A stretch of DNA of 64,000 bases from Octopus vulgaris (taxonomy: Eukaryota), in assembly GCA_951406725.2 (NCBI GenBank), contig OX597820.1:28272001-28336000 (forward strand), written 5' to 3'. Shown one piece after another: positions 40,290 through 52,419 of this stretch. Each line of letters begins with the position of its first letter. The first letter of the stretch is position 1. The notes beneath the pieces were generated by a model, which saw nothing but the letters and a program-made list of their open reading frames with translations, made no database searches and was not told where the DNA came from. Position numbers and translations under genes: made by a program.

Positions 40290-42620
40290 CTTCAACAATA
40301 ATAAAAATGAGGAGAGTAACCATATTTCATAGGCAAGACAAGCTCACTAATGTTGGCTGATAATCGTCCTTCAGTTATCTTGAACAAAATTATCCCTTGG
40401 TGGGAAAGGGTAAAACGCACAACTAAAAGAAACACAGTGTCTATAGACAAAAACACATGCCGGATCGGCTTTCGCCCGGGTCAGTAAAGGCAGTATCCAC
40501 CAGAGAGGTATCAGCCTGGGATCAAAAAGTCTGCAGCTGAAAGAAGCTCCGCTCCAAATACGAACTTGGTCATTTGAAGGAGATTAATCTCATCCCAATC
40601 ACTCCAAGTTCATCAGCAGCACAAAGAAATCAAAAATCTAAACGTATTAAACGGACCCTGGAAAAGTATAATGAAGTGATATATGCATTCTATCGCACAT
40701 TGCGTAAAGCCATTTGAATCAAAACAGACAGTAAATTCTTTTACAGTATGGAGAAATAGAAATCCAGAAATGAAGCAAAATATGGATGAAAACAAAGTTG
40801 CCAATGTGACGTGACATTCTTAGAACCAAGCAACTAATAGATATAGTGTTAAATGAAATGAAGAGGAAGTTGAAAAAGCATTTGAAGATATCAACAAAAA
40901 GGGATGAAAGTCAATACGTAACTGAAGAAAAACCACAAACTTTAGTAACCGGAAGAAATTTCAAAAAACTTTGAAAACATCAGAAATACAAAAGAGCAAA
41001 TTCAAGCTTAAAGACAGATTAATGATATGGATTAGGTTACTTTTACCAATGACGATAAAGATCGAATGAAACAAACACAAGAAATTTTCAAAGAACTTAG
41101 AAAAATCAAAAACATTAGTACGTGTGAAAGTGATTCGGTACAAAAACTGACAAAAAGAACTTAAATAAAAGGCATGAGAATTGGAAATGAGAGTGTTAAA
41201 GCAATAATAGATGAGATGGAGCCTGCTATAGCAGAATTGATTGGGGTTATATATGCAGCAGCACCGGTAATAGAAAAGTAATGTATGTCAAGGAAAAGGC
41301 GAAGTTATACAACTCAGAAACACAGAAAAAACACACCCTGGAAGATAAGGATAAAGAAAGAAACGGAAATGATGAGGTGAGAAATATCGATTTGTGATAA
41401 AATATACGCTGGGAAATCTGTCAAGAAAATGGCAGAGGGTGATTAAGGAATACAAAGTAACCTCAAAACATGATATCCCATCCATCAAAGCGATCCTGAA
41501 ACAGAAAGTAGAGATGAAAGTTCAGAGTCAGAAGATTCGAGAAACGAAACGGATTTCCAGGCGAAATATGCCCTTTATGTCAGATGCAAAAATGTTTTGC
41601 CGGGAGATTACGATATCAGCAAATGAGAAAACGAATCTCCTTTAATTAATGAGACTGAATAATTTTGAAAAAACATTGATAAAATGATAGTACATATTTT
41701 CCTTCATTCGATGATCACAACTCAACAACTTTAAATTTCCATTCCTTAACATGAATTTTATCCTTCGGCTCCCTCTTTTTCATTAATTCTTCATTCTGAA
41801 TTTTCCCAACATTTTTTAATTCTTCATTTATAATTCCTAAACAAATTATTAATATCCAAATTATTCATATGGGATGCAAAAAATATGGAATACAAACATA
41901 CGGAATAGAAAACAATCTAATATTGAGAATGAATAAGAGATAAAGAACATGGCAGAGACATACAATAATTGAGAAAGGCACACATGATAAAATGCAAAAA
42001 TGAAGAACTTGAGTTAGCATTAAAGAAAGTCAAGAGATGGAAGTATCCAGGCATTTATGTAGATCAAACACACACCATTCAATGTCTCCTAGGTGCTGGG
42101 CTAAAAGCAGACTGAGCGTTTCACTTTGTCTGCAAAAGACCAGTGCCTTTCAGGGCGCTACGTTCAAACCAATGTAATAAGAAGTAAAACTGACCCAAAA
42201 TGTCGATTTTGTGATGAGTAGTTTCAGACCACTGTCCAACTTTTTTCATCCTGCAAATTAATAGTTCCCCAGTAATATAAAACTAGTTGTGGTTGAGTAG
42301 GGCAATATTTACATACGGTAATATGCAGGCCTCACTACATAATGACAGAAGAAAATGCCAGCCGCATGCTGTAATAGGAGATGCGGACATAACAGTTCGT
42401 TGGCATTTTCTTGTAATCTCTCAGAATGATAAGTTCCAACGGACCCAATATAATTGTGAAGTACCGAAAAAAGAAAATATGCATTTTAATAACCATTAGC
42501 ATGCCATGTGATCGCAAAATCTGGAAAGACTTGCGAAACCTCAGTAAATATGAAGGTCGGATACGTCCTTTAAAATACCGAATATAGTTGATGCACTTGG
42601 AATGATAAAAAAAAGAGAAC
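40290..42620 (+). mobile_element. Internally deleted R4/Dong-like non-LTR retrotransposon relic (RLE endonuclease)
   Basis: N-terminal WRNRNPEMKQNMDENKVAN; LKQKV..F.SDAKMF; WKYPG; C-terminal KCRFCDE; VIGDADITVRW..PNIIV..CILI..LSKYE. The RT core is largely missing. Confidence 0.7.
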
Positions 42621-42659
42621 AGAAAAGTATTTAGACCAGATACATGGAAAGCCATCCCT

Positions 42660-44960
42660 GCAAGGGTTAAAATTCACACCTATAATCTACCACCAGGAAT
42701 TGGAGGAAGATATTCAAAACTTTTGTCGGAAACTACGACTTGTGTGGTCTTTCACAGATAAAATCAATGAGAATGACGAATCCTCGGCGAAAAAGAAATC
42801 AAAATTTAACCTGCCAAAAGGACAAAATATACATGTAGATCAGTTCATTGACATCCTCTCCAGATTTCCTCTGAGGCATAATGTCAATGTTTGACCAAAC
42901 AATTCAAAACTAGAAATCTGCCCTTATATGTCTTGAAAATGACAACACAATTGTCATCAAACAAGCGGATAAACGGGGTGCCAATATTATAATAGATAAA
43001 GAATATTAGTGGGATCCAGCTGAAGATCAATTGAAAAATACAACGTTCGACTATGAAATACCCTCGAATGTTGATCACCTCATCATGAAAACAATTATTT
43101 GATCTCAAAATATTATACTTCCCTCACTTTTAATGAAAGGGACTTTATTACAAATTTTGAGTCGAAATCCAGCAACGTCTATGGCTTACCCAAAATACAT
43201 GTCAAAAGAAATACAGGGTGCTATAAAGGAACGAAGTTGTGAATACATAAAACTACTACAACCAGATGACCTTAAACAAAGACCCATTATAGCTGGTACA
43301 GCCTGTCCAACAATTCGTCTGAGCAACTTCCTTGACATTATTCTAAAACCACAATGTAGTCACATACCCAGTTTCATTCAAGATGACATTGATTTCCTGT
43401 CACATCTGTAGAAACAACAGTATTCCATTCACAGTCAGTTAGTTTTGATGTAACAAACTTATATACAAACATGATTTCCAACTTACTGCTATAAAATATT
43501 TGGTTGAGATACATAGAGAAGCGATCCCCAGTACATTTACTCTAACCTTGAAAGTTAGACGCGGCCAGCCGCATCCTCGAAAACAATACATTCTTGTTCA
43601 AAGGAAAAGAACTTCATTCATATTCGAGGCACAGCTATGGGGGCGTGATTTGCTCCAGTTTTCGCGAACTCTATATTGGAATACATGGAAAAGAAACCTA
43701 TTAAAAACAATTGAAGTGAAGTACGGCATGACCTTTAAAACACATATAGAGGACACATGAAAAATATACCGTCACGATTGTTTCTTATCTGGACCAAATC
43801 CCTAGAAAATCTGGAAGAATTCAGCACTTTCCTCAATAATCTACACCCTAGTCTCAAATTCACAAGAGAAGTGAGCAATACACAATTACCATTTCTTAAC
43901 ATAATGGTAATTAAAAACAACACCACAATCACAACTGATATTTATTATAAAAGCACAGATACACACCAGTACCTAACTTTCAAATTATACCTCACAACCC
44001 ACACAAAATGCCACATCCCGTGCTGTCTAGCCAGGAAAATGTGTACGATACACGATGATCCAAATACCAGGAAAATACGACTTTTATAATTCAAAGGATT
44101 TCTGCTCAAGCAAAAATACCGTCTCCCACTTATAGAAAATAGCATACAACGAACAAAAGAGATACCTATAGAATAACGTAAAACACAACGGAAAAAAAAA
44201 CGAAATTTAACAGGAAGAAACACGATAAAACATCCACAGTGTCCAATTATAATGATAACAGATGTGGAACGTGTGAATACATGCATACGTGTAGATCCAT
44301 CAGAACAAAAAATAGACAGATTTAAAAGAAAGCAGATATGAACTGCAGAAGCAGAAATTTGATCTATTGCATTAAATGACCAACTTGCGAGGAATTATAC
44401 ATAGGCGAGATGGGGAATACATTATCGGAACGCTCATGTATCCACAGACAACAAATCGGGAACACCAATTTTCGCCTAATTCCACTGAGCGAACATATAC
44501 AGACATGTGGTCAGAAAATGTTTCGAATTTTTCCTTTCCACAAACTACATGACACAAGTGAGGTTAGAAGAAAGAAAACGTTTTACTATAATGTTCAAAC
44601 CTGTTTTGAACGGAAATAACAGCAATAATATAACAAACAGTTAATGATGTAGAATAAAATAAATATCTCTGGCATATCATAGCATGTTAGAGGATATCGG
44701 TACGCCTGGCAAACTGTGATGCTTAATTGCATGCCGATTGGTCAAAAGAATATTCTAAAAATTCAGCTTGCTGGAGGGTTCTAAGAGATGCTACAACTGT
44801 CAAGAACTCAACTGCCAGTTAAATACATTAGAAATATGATGATTACACTATGTATGAAAGCGCTAATGTTGCATTAATGAGCATTACAAAATACATTTTT
44901 TAATGTTAAAATACCATAATAAAAAACTTGAAAACCAGACCATGTTTTAAATTGTTCAAT
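42660..44960 (+). mobile_element. Near-full-length degenerate Penelope-like element (RT, GIY-YIG, HHR tail)
   Basis: IVIKQADKRG, RPIIAG..LSNFLDIILKP, SFDVTNLYTN, GTAMG, LPFLNI..TDIYYKSTDTHQYL, RCGTCEY, CEELYIGE; mutated HHR at 44831-44870. Confidence 0.93.
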
Positions 44961-45034
44961 TGATATAGCTATAAATCTATACGCACACACACACACACGC
45001 ACACGCACACGCACGCGTACACGCACACACACAT

Positions 45035-45081
<47 letters not shown>

Positions 45082-45427
45082 AATTTCTTTTGCTTGATTC
45101 GATCATTGGACTGCTTCCATACTGGGACTCCACTTTAAAGTGTTTAGCTGAGCGAAACGAGCTCAGCAATTTCTTGTTCTTTTTTTTTAACTCGGGTACT
45201 TTTCGAAACGGCTAAGTATCTAGAATGTAAACACACCAACAAAGGTCAAGTGATGGAAGGTCATACACAAACTGATCACCCGTACTCACACACTCCAAAC
45301 ACATATGTAGGACTGACCTCCGCACAGATTCCGTTTGCCAAATATACTCACAAGGCAGAGCATAAGCTTATATAAGATTAGCAATCTATTTCATTCATAG
45401 CGAATAATATTTGATATTTTATAAATT

Positions 45428-45840
45428 GGCGTAGGAGTGGCTGTGTGGTATGGAGCTTGCTTACGAATCACATGGTTCTGTGTTCAGTTCCACTGCGTGG
45501 CACCATGGGCAAGTGTCTTCTACTATAGCTTCATGCCGACCAAAGCCTTGTGTGTGGATTTCGTAGACGGAAACTGAAAGAAGCTCGTCGTATATATGTA
45601 TATATATATATATGTATGTGTGTGTATATGTTTGTGTGCCTGTGTTTGTCCCTCCAACATCGCTTGGCAACCGATGCTGGTGTGTTTTTGTCCTCGTAAC
45701 TTAGCGGTTCGGCAAAAGAGATCGATAGAATAGTACTAAACTAACAAAGAATAATTTCTGGGGTCGAGATGCTCGACTAAAGGCGGTGCTCCAGCATGCC
45801 CACAGTCAAATGACTGAAACAAGTAAAAAAGTAAAAGAGA
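45428..45840 (+). mobile_element. Full-length tRNA-derived SINE family A
   Basis: ggcgtaggagtggctgtgtggta head, internal (TA)(TG) microsatellite, tail ggcggtgctccagcatg..actgaaacaagtaaaa. Confidence 0.9.
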
Positions 45841-46805
45841 AGACAATGAAAATATGAACCAGAAGGTAATTATGGTATATCTTCTGGTATTTGAAAAGGC
45901 ATAGCATTTCGAAACTGAGATAACTTACTGAAGAATTTTATAAACTACAGCGTCTTTAAAAAATACAGGATCCACATTGCTTTATTTCGTGGTCTGTTAA
46001 CGAATTCAGTATAAATGTAGTCTATAATGTGGGCGTGTCAGCGAGATTTGGAGACCGTGAAAATAACTATAAATTCAGAGAAGAGCGAACTGGCAAAAGA
46101 AAGCGAAACGAAATAGAAAAGAAAGCAGAGTGTGACATTAGCTGGCAAAGTTCCTAAATCTCACACTAATATTAATCTATTATCACCTCCATGATAACTA
46201 TTGGGTTTTTTTCTTGTATCTTTGTTGTTTATATCCCTGTGGGGCCATGAAGCCGCATCTTCATTTGTTTGAAAAATATTGTATTATTATGTTGTTTCTT
46301 AATGTTATATTGTTATGCGATGATTTTGCAGTGGTGTGAAAATTTATGAAATGACGTTTATGGGGACGGAAAGTATAATTAAATATTATTACTAGAATTA
46401 AAAGCAGTATTTCTAGGTGAGCGGGCACTCAATGCCCATGAGGTTATCTCCAGCGTTATACCACAAACCGTACAAACATTACTTGGATTTGTGCCATGGT
46501 CGAGCTTAATATTCCTTAATGAATTATCACTCCATAAATATAAATCGATTATTTATGTTAATACGACCATGTAGTGTGAAGCTATCTAAAACCATGGCTA
46601 AATGATTTCATAGTTTATGGAAAATATTATAGATATACACATAAGAGCGCCAGTTTGTGTATGCTTGAGGAATATATGAATATAAGCAGCTATGATTCTA
46701 GTTATGGTAAATGCATGTTTGAATGCATACATACTTAGGTACATGCATAGGTGTATATATGTGGCTGTATATGTATCGGCCCGAGATTATAGCAGAAGGC
46801 ACTTC

Positions 46806-46842
<37 letters not shown>

Positions 46843-46847
<5 letters not shown>

Positions 46848-47062
46848 TGGGTGAGTCGTAAGAAGCTTGCTTTCCAACCACATCGTTGCGGGTTCTGTCC
46901 CACTGCGTAGCACATTCGCGCAAGTGTCTTCCGCTATAACCTCGGGCCGATCAAAGCGTTGTAAGTAAATTTGGGAGACGGAAACTGTGTTTATGTATGT
47001 GTATGTCCAACATCATCACTCGATAAACAATCTTGGAATGTTTACGTCTCCCTAACTTATGC
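46843..47062 (+). mobile_element. SINE family A, diverged
   Basis: Homologous to 45428-45700. Confidence 0.8.
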
Positions 47063-47704
47063 AGTATATTTTTTTAAACCTCCCTACGACATATCTTTCT
47101 GCCGCATGGATATCATGTTATGTGTTGTCCATTTGCATCCCCTTACTTCAGCTGCATTATGATTTCATACTGGTGAATCGTATCCATGTAGCTTTATTCA
47201 ATATGTTGTCACAAATAGACTTTGAAGCAAACTAAATTATAATGGTTTTGATAGCCTTATATTTTAGGTTGTGGACAGTTGTATTGATCCCAACGGGATA
47301 ACAATTCGCTTGGGCTTGTACTAGGTATTTTCCGCCTACCCTTGAAAGAAAATAGGTGAATATCTAGTTAGTTTTTTGAATCTAAGAGAGCACATTCCTT
47401 AATAATTGTTCGAAATCCTATATATACATGTGTGCGTTTGTGTGTGCGTGCGCGCGCGCGTGTGTGTGTTTGTCCGTGTGTATGCGTGCGTGTGTGTCAC
47501 TGTATCACTGTACCGACCAGGCTATCTGATGTCGTTATACACTGCTGGTTACATTGCACCGCCGCACATTCTTGCAGTTTTCGAATGTTTCCAGTCCACT
47601 GGGTAGGGAATAGACAACATTCCACAGTGAACATGAATGCCTGTCATCTGTTGTATGTATAAAACATTTGAATATATGTGTATGCATATATAGATAGGTG
47701 CCTT

Positions 47705-48862
47705 ACATGCCCCTACCTCTTGAACACCACTCCTCTCACAGGCACCCATCATTGTTTTACTGCATTTCCTGCTCTTTCTGCCCTTCCCTCTACATAGACC
47801 AAATGGGATGCTGCTAGGCTGACCGTTTCGCAGAGCACCTCCGAACCATCAGACTTGGCCATGACACCCCCGTCTCGCACTGTTTCCCTTCAACTGGTCA
47901 TTCACTACAGCTATCTACGTTTGGATTGTCCTTGCACAGGGTTCAACCAGACTGTCACCTTCACCGTGAGCAGGAATTAATCTTCTCCCTTCGCTCCTTT
48001 GCGTCACATGGGCTCAACTCCCCTCATCTTTTAATCTAATTCTCTCCTTTTCCGCTCATCTGACACCTTCCTCTCTTCATCTGACACCTACTTCCTCTCT
48101 ACATTCTACCCATCTCCTCTCTTCATTGATACCCACTCGACACACCCGCACCCCACACACCCTTTCACTCCTATCTTTATCTGACTCTCACCTCTTCTCT
48201 TCAACTGACTCGCCTCCTCTCTCCATCTAATATCCACTTCCTCTCTTCACTCCAACCCACATCCTCTCTTTATTGATAGCCCCTACTCCACACCTACCCC
48301 ACACCACTCCACACACACTAGCACTGACCACTTTCCAGCACCCATACCACACACCATCATCCACACACACCCACACACCCACACACGATCATCGATAGCG
48401 TCACCACACATATCGCTATATGAACACCCACATGTTACAGACGCACACACGTACACACGCACATAACCAGACTTGTCAAAGACTAACATACGCACATACA
48501 CATACACGCACTCACCCGGAGTTGTCAAAGACTTGTCAAAGTCACTGGCCCCTATTCACACACACTCAAACATTCACATACACCATTGTCACTCACACAT
48601 ACGCATCGCACCCTCATTATTTCACTTTTTTTCTATCACCATTTAAATTTTTTTCTAATCAGTCGCCATGCTTAACCGCTAAATACCTAGGTGTTTTTCA
48701 TTCTCCCCCTACTTATTTCCTCTTATTCCTTTCTGTTGAAGACCGTAGGCTCGAAACGTAAAAGTCTTTCTCACTTTCCCGAGCGTCAAACTAATATCAA
48801 CAACAGCTGCTTGTTGTTCATAGACCTGTCTTCATCTTCTGTTTTTCTATAAATTTCAACTA
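47705..48862 (+). mobile_element. Penelope-like 3' fragment (GIY-YIG relic and terminal repeat with HHR variant)
   Basis: RCLTCPYL..YCISCSFCPSLYIDQ..ADRFAEHLR..REQELIF..HGLN. HHR-like motif at 48729-48764: CTTT CTGTTGA a GAcC-gtag-GcTC GAAA CG TA AAAG. Confidence 0.88.
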
Positions 48863-48871
48863 TGTGTGTTT

Positions 48872-48910
<39 letters not shown>

Positions 48911-48984
48911 AGTCTGTGTGTGCGCGTGCGTATCTATGTATGTACGTATGTATGTACGTATGTATGTATGTATGTATGTATGTA

Positions 48985-49390
48985 CGTTACACTTCCAGAT
49001 GGGAAGGGTCTTCTTTTGATTCTGACATGCAGTTTCTGTGCAATACCCTGCCTCAGTAAAGCTGGACTAAAGAGTCATCTTCGTAGTCATAATGGGAGAC
49101 AGATGAGTGACAACCTGGCCTCTGGTGGAGGTGTAACACACCATACTAATCATATCTGTCGGGCATGTGGAAGAGAGTGTAATTCGGCAGGAGGACTTAA
49201 ACGACATGCAAAGTTACATGAAGCCCAGTTACAACTACAGCCGGCTATTACCGGTAAAGGTTTTAGTTGCCAATTCTGTACAAGACATTGTAGATCTTTA
49301 GCTGGGCTAAAAAGTCACATTCGATCACACTACCAGTAACTGTTAAGCTGCGTGCAATCGCCATACTCGATAACATGGGGGCAGCCATCA
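48985..49390 (+). mobile_element. RTE-type LINE 3' end encoding three C2H2 zinc fingers, with (TATG)n tail
   Basis: CSFC..GLKSHLRSH, CRAC..GLKRHAKLH, CQFC..GLKSHIRSH then stop; short 3' UTR ending cagccatca; (TATG)n on both sides. Confidence 0.75.
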
Positions 49391-49489
49391 TGTATGTATG
49401 TATGTATGTATGTATGTATGTATGTATGTATGTATGTATGTATGTATGTATGTATGTATGTATGTATGTATGTATGTATGTATGTATGC

Positions 49490-49722
49490 AAGCTTAGTCT
49501 GGAGGGAAGGGCATTGTTCGTGATCAGTGATGGCATCATTCTCCAGGACCGATTATCTGAATGCAGAAATGCGATGGGCTGGATCTTACTGTGTTCGTGT
49601 TCTGAGGAAGAAGGGCTGCATATCGTGCTTAGTGTGATGATTGCTAACGAGGTACATGTGACATTGAATACCTGCGTGTAGGATGCAGCAGTTCAAGCAA
49701 CTCTGAAGAACAGAAATGTTCA
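49490..49722 (-). mobile_element. CR1/L2-type LINE C-terminal fragment
   Basis: rc [13 protein letters not shown]...YAALLP resembles the CSSEL..LP C-terminal region of CR1/L2 ORF2. Confidence 0.45.
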
Positions 49723-49813
49723 TGATATATATATATATGTGTATATATATACATATATATATACATACATACATGCATACAAACATACATACATACCTAC
49801 CTACCTACCTACC

Positions 49814-49845
<32 letters not shown>

Positions 49846-49848
49846 TAC

Positions 49849-49931
<83 letters not shown>

Positions 49932-49971
49932 GATAAATCTCAGAGCGAGTTATAAACAGTAGCAGTAACAC

Positions 49972-50240
49972 ATCGTGATGCATATATGCCATTTGAATAT
50001 GGCTAATCCATAAGGGTGGATGCTACTGTAGTTTGTAGCCCCAGGAAGACACCTCCTCCCGCTGGCTATAGACACACTATCTGTGTCCTGTCAGTATTTG
50101 TGAAGGGGAGTCATGACAAATACTGACAGGACACAGATAGTGTGTCTATAGCCAGCGGGAGGAGGTGTCTTCCTGGGGCTACAAACTACAGTAGCATCCA
50201 CCCTTATGGGTTAGCCATATTCAAATGGCATATATAATCA

Positions 50241-50244
<4 letters not shown>
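49972..50244. repeat. Near-perfect ~130-bp inverted repeat with 14-bp spacer
   Basis: Arms at 49972-50101 and 50116-50244; the arm sequence is related to 28200-28262. Confidence 0.95.
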
Positions 50245-50287
<43 letters not shown>

Positions 50288-50331
50288 TACGAAGTCTAGG
50301 CAAATATCACCAGCTGACCGGTGTCTGCTAC

Positions 50332-50377
50332 TCTAGGCCGATGAAGGACAATGATCCTGAAACACGGTGTCCCTAGA
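50332..50377 (+). ncRNA. Type I hammerhead ribozyme (U4C variant)
   Basis: TCTAGG CCGATGA AGGA-caatga-TCCT GAAA CAC-g-GTG TC CCTAGA. All three stems are perfect; predicted cut after C50371. Confidence 0.88.
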
Positions 50378-50633
50378 TGCAGTTCCGACGGCCGGGGGTG
50401 TTTGTCTCCCCTTCGTATATGTATATAAGGACACAGGGAAAAAATGTGTCGAAGCTGTCAGGAGGCGTTCGATGCCTCCTAGGGCTATACAACGGTGGTG
50501 TACCCCCTACAGTCACGTTCTTGTTAGATTGACAATTTCTTATATATATATATTTATATATATGTAGGTCCCGGGTTGATTCGGGGTTAACCACAGTAAA
50601 TAAGGTACTCAATACATAGCAGAGTAAAATTAA

Positions 50634-50763
50634 TTTATTATATAGAAGGAGCTTCTACAGGACTAGAACTGTTTCATTCAAGAGAAATCTTCAGGAAGAG
50701 CTTCCTGAAGATTTCTCTTGAATGAAACAGTTCTAGTCCTGTAGAAGCTCCTTCTATATAATA

Positions 50764-50765
<2 letters not shown>
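50634..50765. repeat. Perfect 65-bp-arm palindrome (2-bp spacer) with a hammerhead on each strand
   Basis: 50634-50698 is the exact reverse complement of 50701-50765. Confidence 0.95.
50698..50750 (+). ncRNA. Type I hammerhead ribozyme, canonical core
   Basis: GAGCTTC CTGAAGA tTTC-tctt-GAAt GAAA CAG-ttctagtc-CTG TA GAAGCTC; predicted cut after A50743. Confidence 0.88.
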
Positions 50766-50807
<42 letters not shown>

Positions 50808-50812
50808 GTATG

Positions 50813-50846
<34 letters not shown>

Positions 50847-51617
50847 TGTATGTATGTATGTATGTAGGTAGGTATGTATGTATGTTTGTATGCATGTATG
50901 TATGTATATATATAGAGAGAGGCTTACAGAGAGAGTAACAGAGGCTTACAGAGACAGAGAGAGTAAACGAAATAATAAAATAGTGCCTTAATATATTGTG
51001 CGTTTATGTGATATTCTGCTAAAAGGTTAAGAAGCCTTAAGATCTCCACGAGATTTGAGTGAATAAATACAGGACAAAGCTATAACAGACTGTATCTAAG
51101 CTACACGCATTTCAGTACCTACATTGTTTTAAATATCCGTTTGTGAATACCGGAGGGCATAGCACACAGATAGAACTCCTCATATTTACTAAAGAATTGA
51201 ATTCAGTGTAACATAAACACATGCGCATACAGACACAAGCACGCACATACCGACAACGCGCAAAACACACGCATATGTCATAGATGCACACTTAAATATA
51301 CATACACACAGACTCACACATATATATGACACAGAATGAAAGATATACATCAATCTACAAATTGTCGTAGAGATAGATAAGCATGCATATATATGTATAT
51401 ATATATATATGCCTATATATATATGTGTGTGTGTGTGATCTTGTGTGTGTGTATATGCACGTATATATATATATATTGTGTGTATCTATGTATATGTATA
51501 TATGTAAGATATATATATATATATATGTATATGTAATATACATATCTATGTATATATATATATATATATATAAACATGCACCTACATAAATGCACAATAT
51601 ACATAGATATGTATATG

Positions 51618-51649
<32 letters not shown>

Positions 51650-52419
51650 AACATGCACCTACATAAATGCAGAAATATTAGGATAACATATAAATATATG
51701 AGTGCTAAGATTTGTTTATGAAGGCCCGTGGCTCTGCATTTGTGCACGTGTCATTTATATTTACGTATTTGCGACTCAGCGCATGCGTGTGTCTTTGTGT
51801 GATAAATAAAAGAGAAGAAAATTTCACATGAGTATCGCAAGGAGAAAACCTGAAGACGCAGATATGCCAAAGGCAACGTATTGTAATAGAAAGAATAACA
51901 TTTAATTCTAAAGAAACTTATTTGCATTGTATGGATTTCTTGAAATATGCTGTCTAGTCCGTAGTACTTTAATGAATTGAACGTGTTATTTTGCATGCGA
52001 AGTTTACTGAAAGTTTGAGAATCCTTAAGAAAAAATTGCATGTGGTTTAACCGAATGAAATTGAAACTACATTATCAGCAAATGTATTCACACACACGCT
52101 TCTCAATTCTTGTATCTTATTGAATATCCATTTGAGAGTTACTGTTGAACGAATCCATAGCATCAGGAGTCGTATAGGCTGCATTAAACTGCTATTAGAA
52201 GTGACAGCAAAATATACTTTATCTTTGTAACCACACAAACACATACCAAACACACACACACGCACACACTCACATACACACACATATATATATACATATA
52301 TATATATGAGTGCATATATATGTAAGTTTGTATACATATTCATACATGCGTATAATATATATATATATATATTCCTAATTTGTGCAAATGTGTATAGAAT
52401 ATGTCAGTTGAGCAAATTT

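Noticed and set aside
48866-49339. C2H2 zinc-finger ORF as a host transcription factor gene
   Set aside because: Its start lies in microsatellite, it has no TGEKP linkers, and its end and tail resemble a LINE 3' terminus.
51563-51672. Direct repeat atataaacatgcacctacataaatgca
   Set aside because: Local slippage duplication within TA-rich sequence, with no element features.
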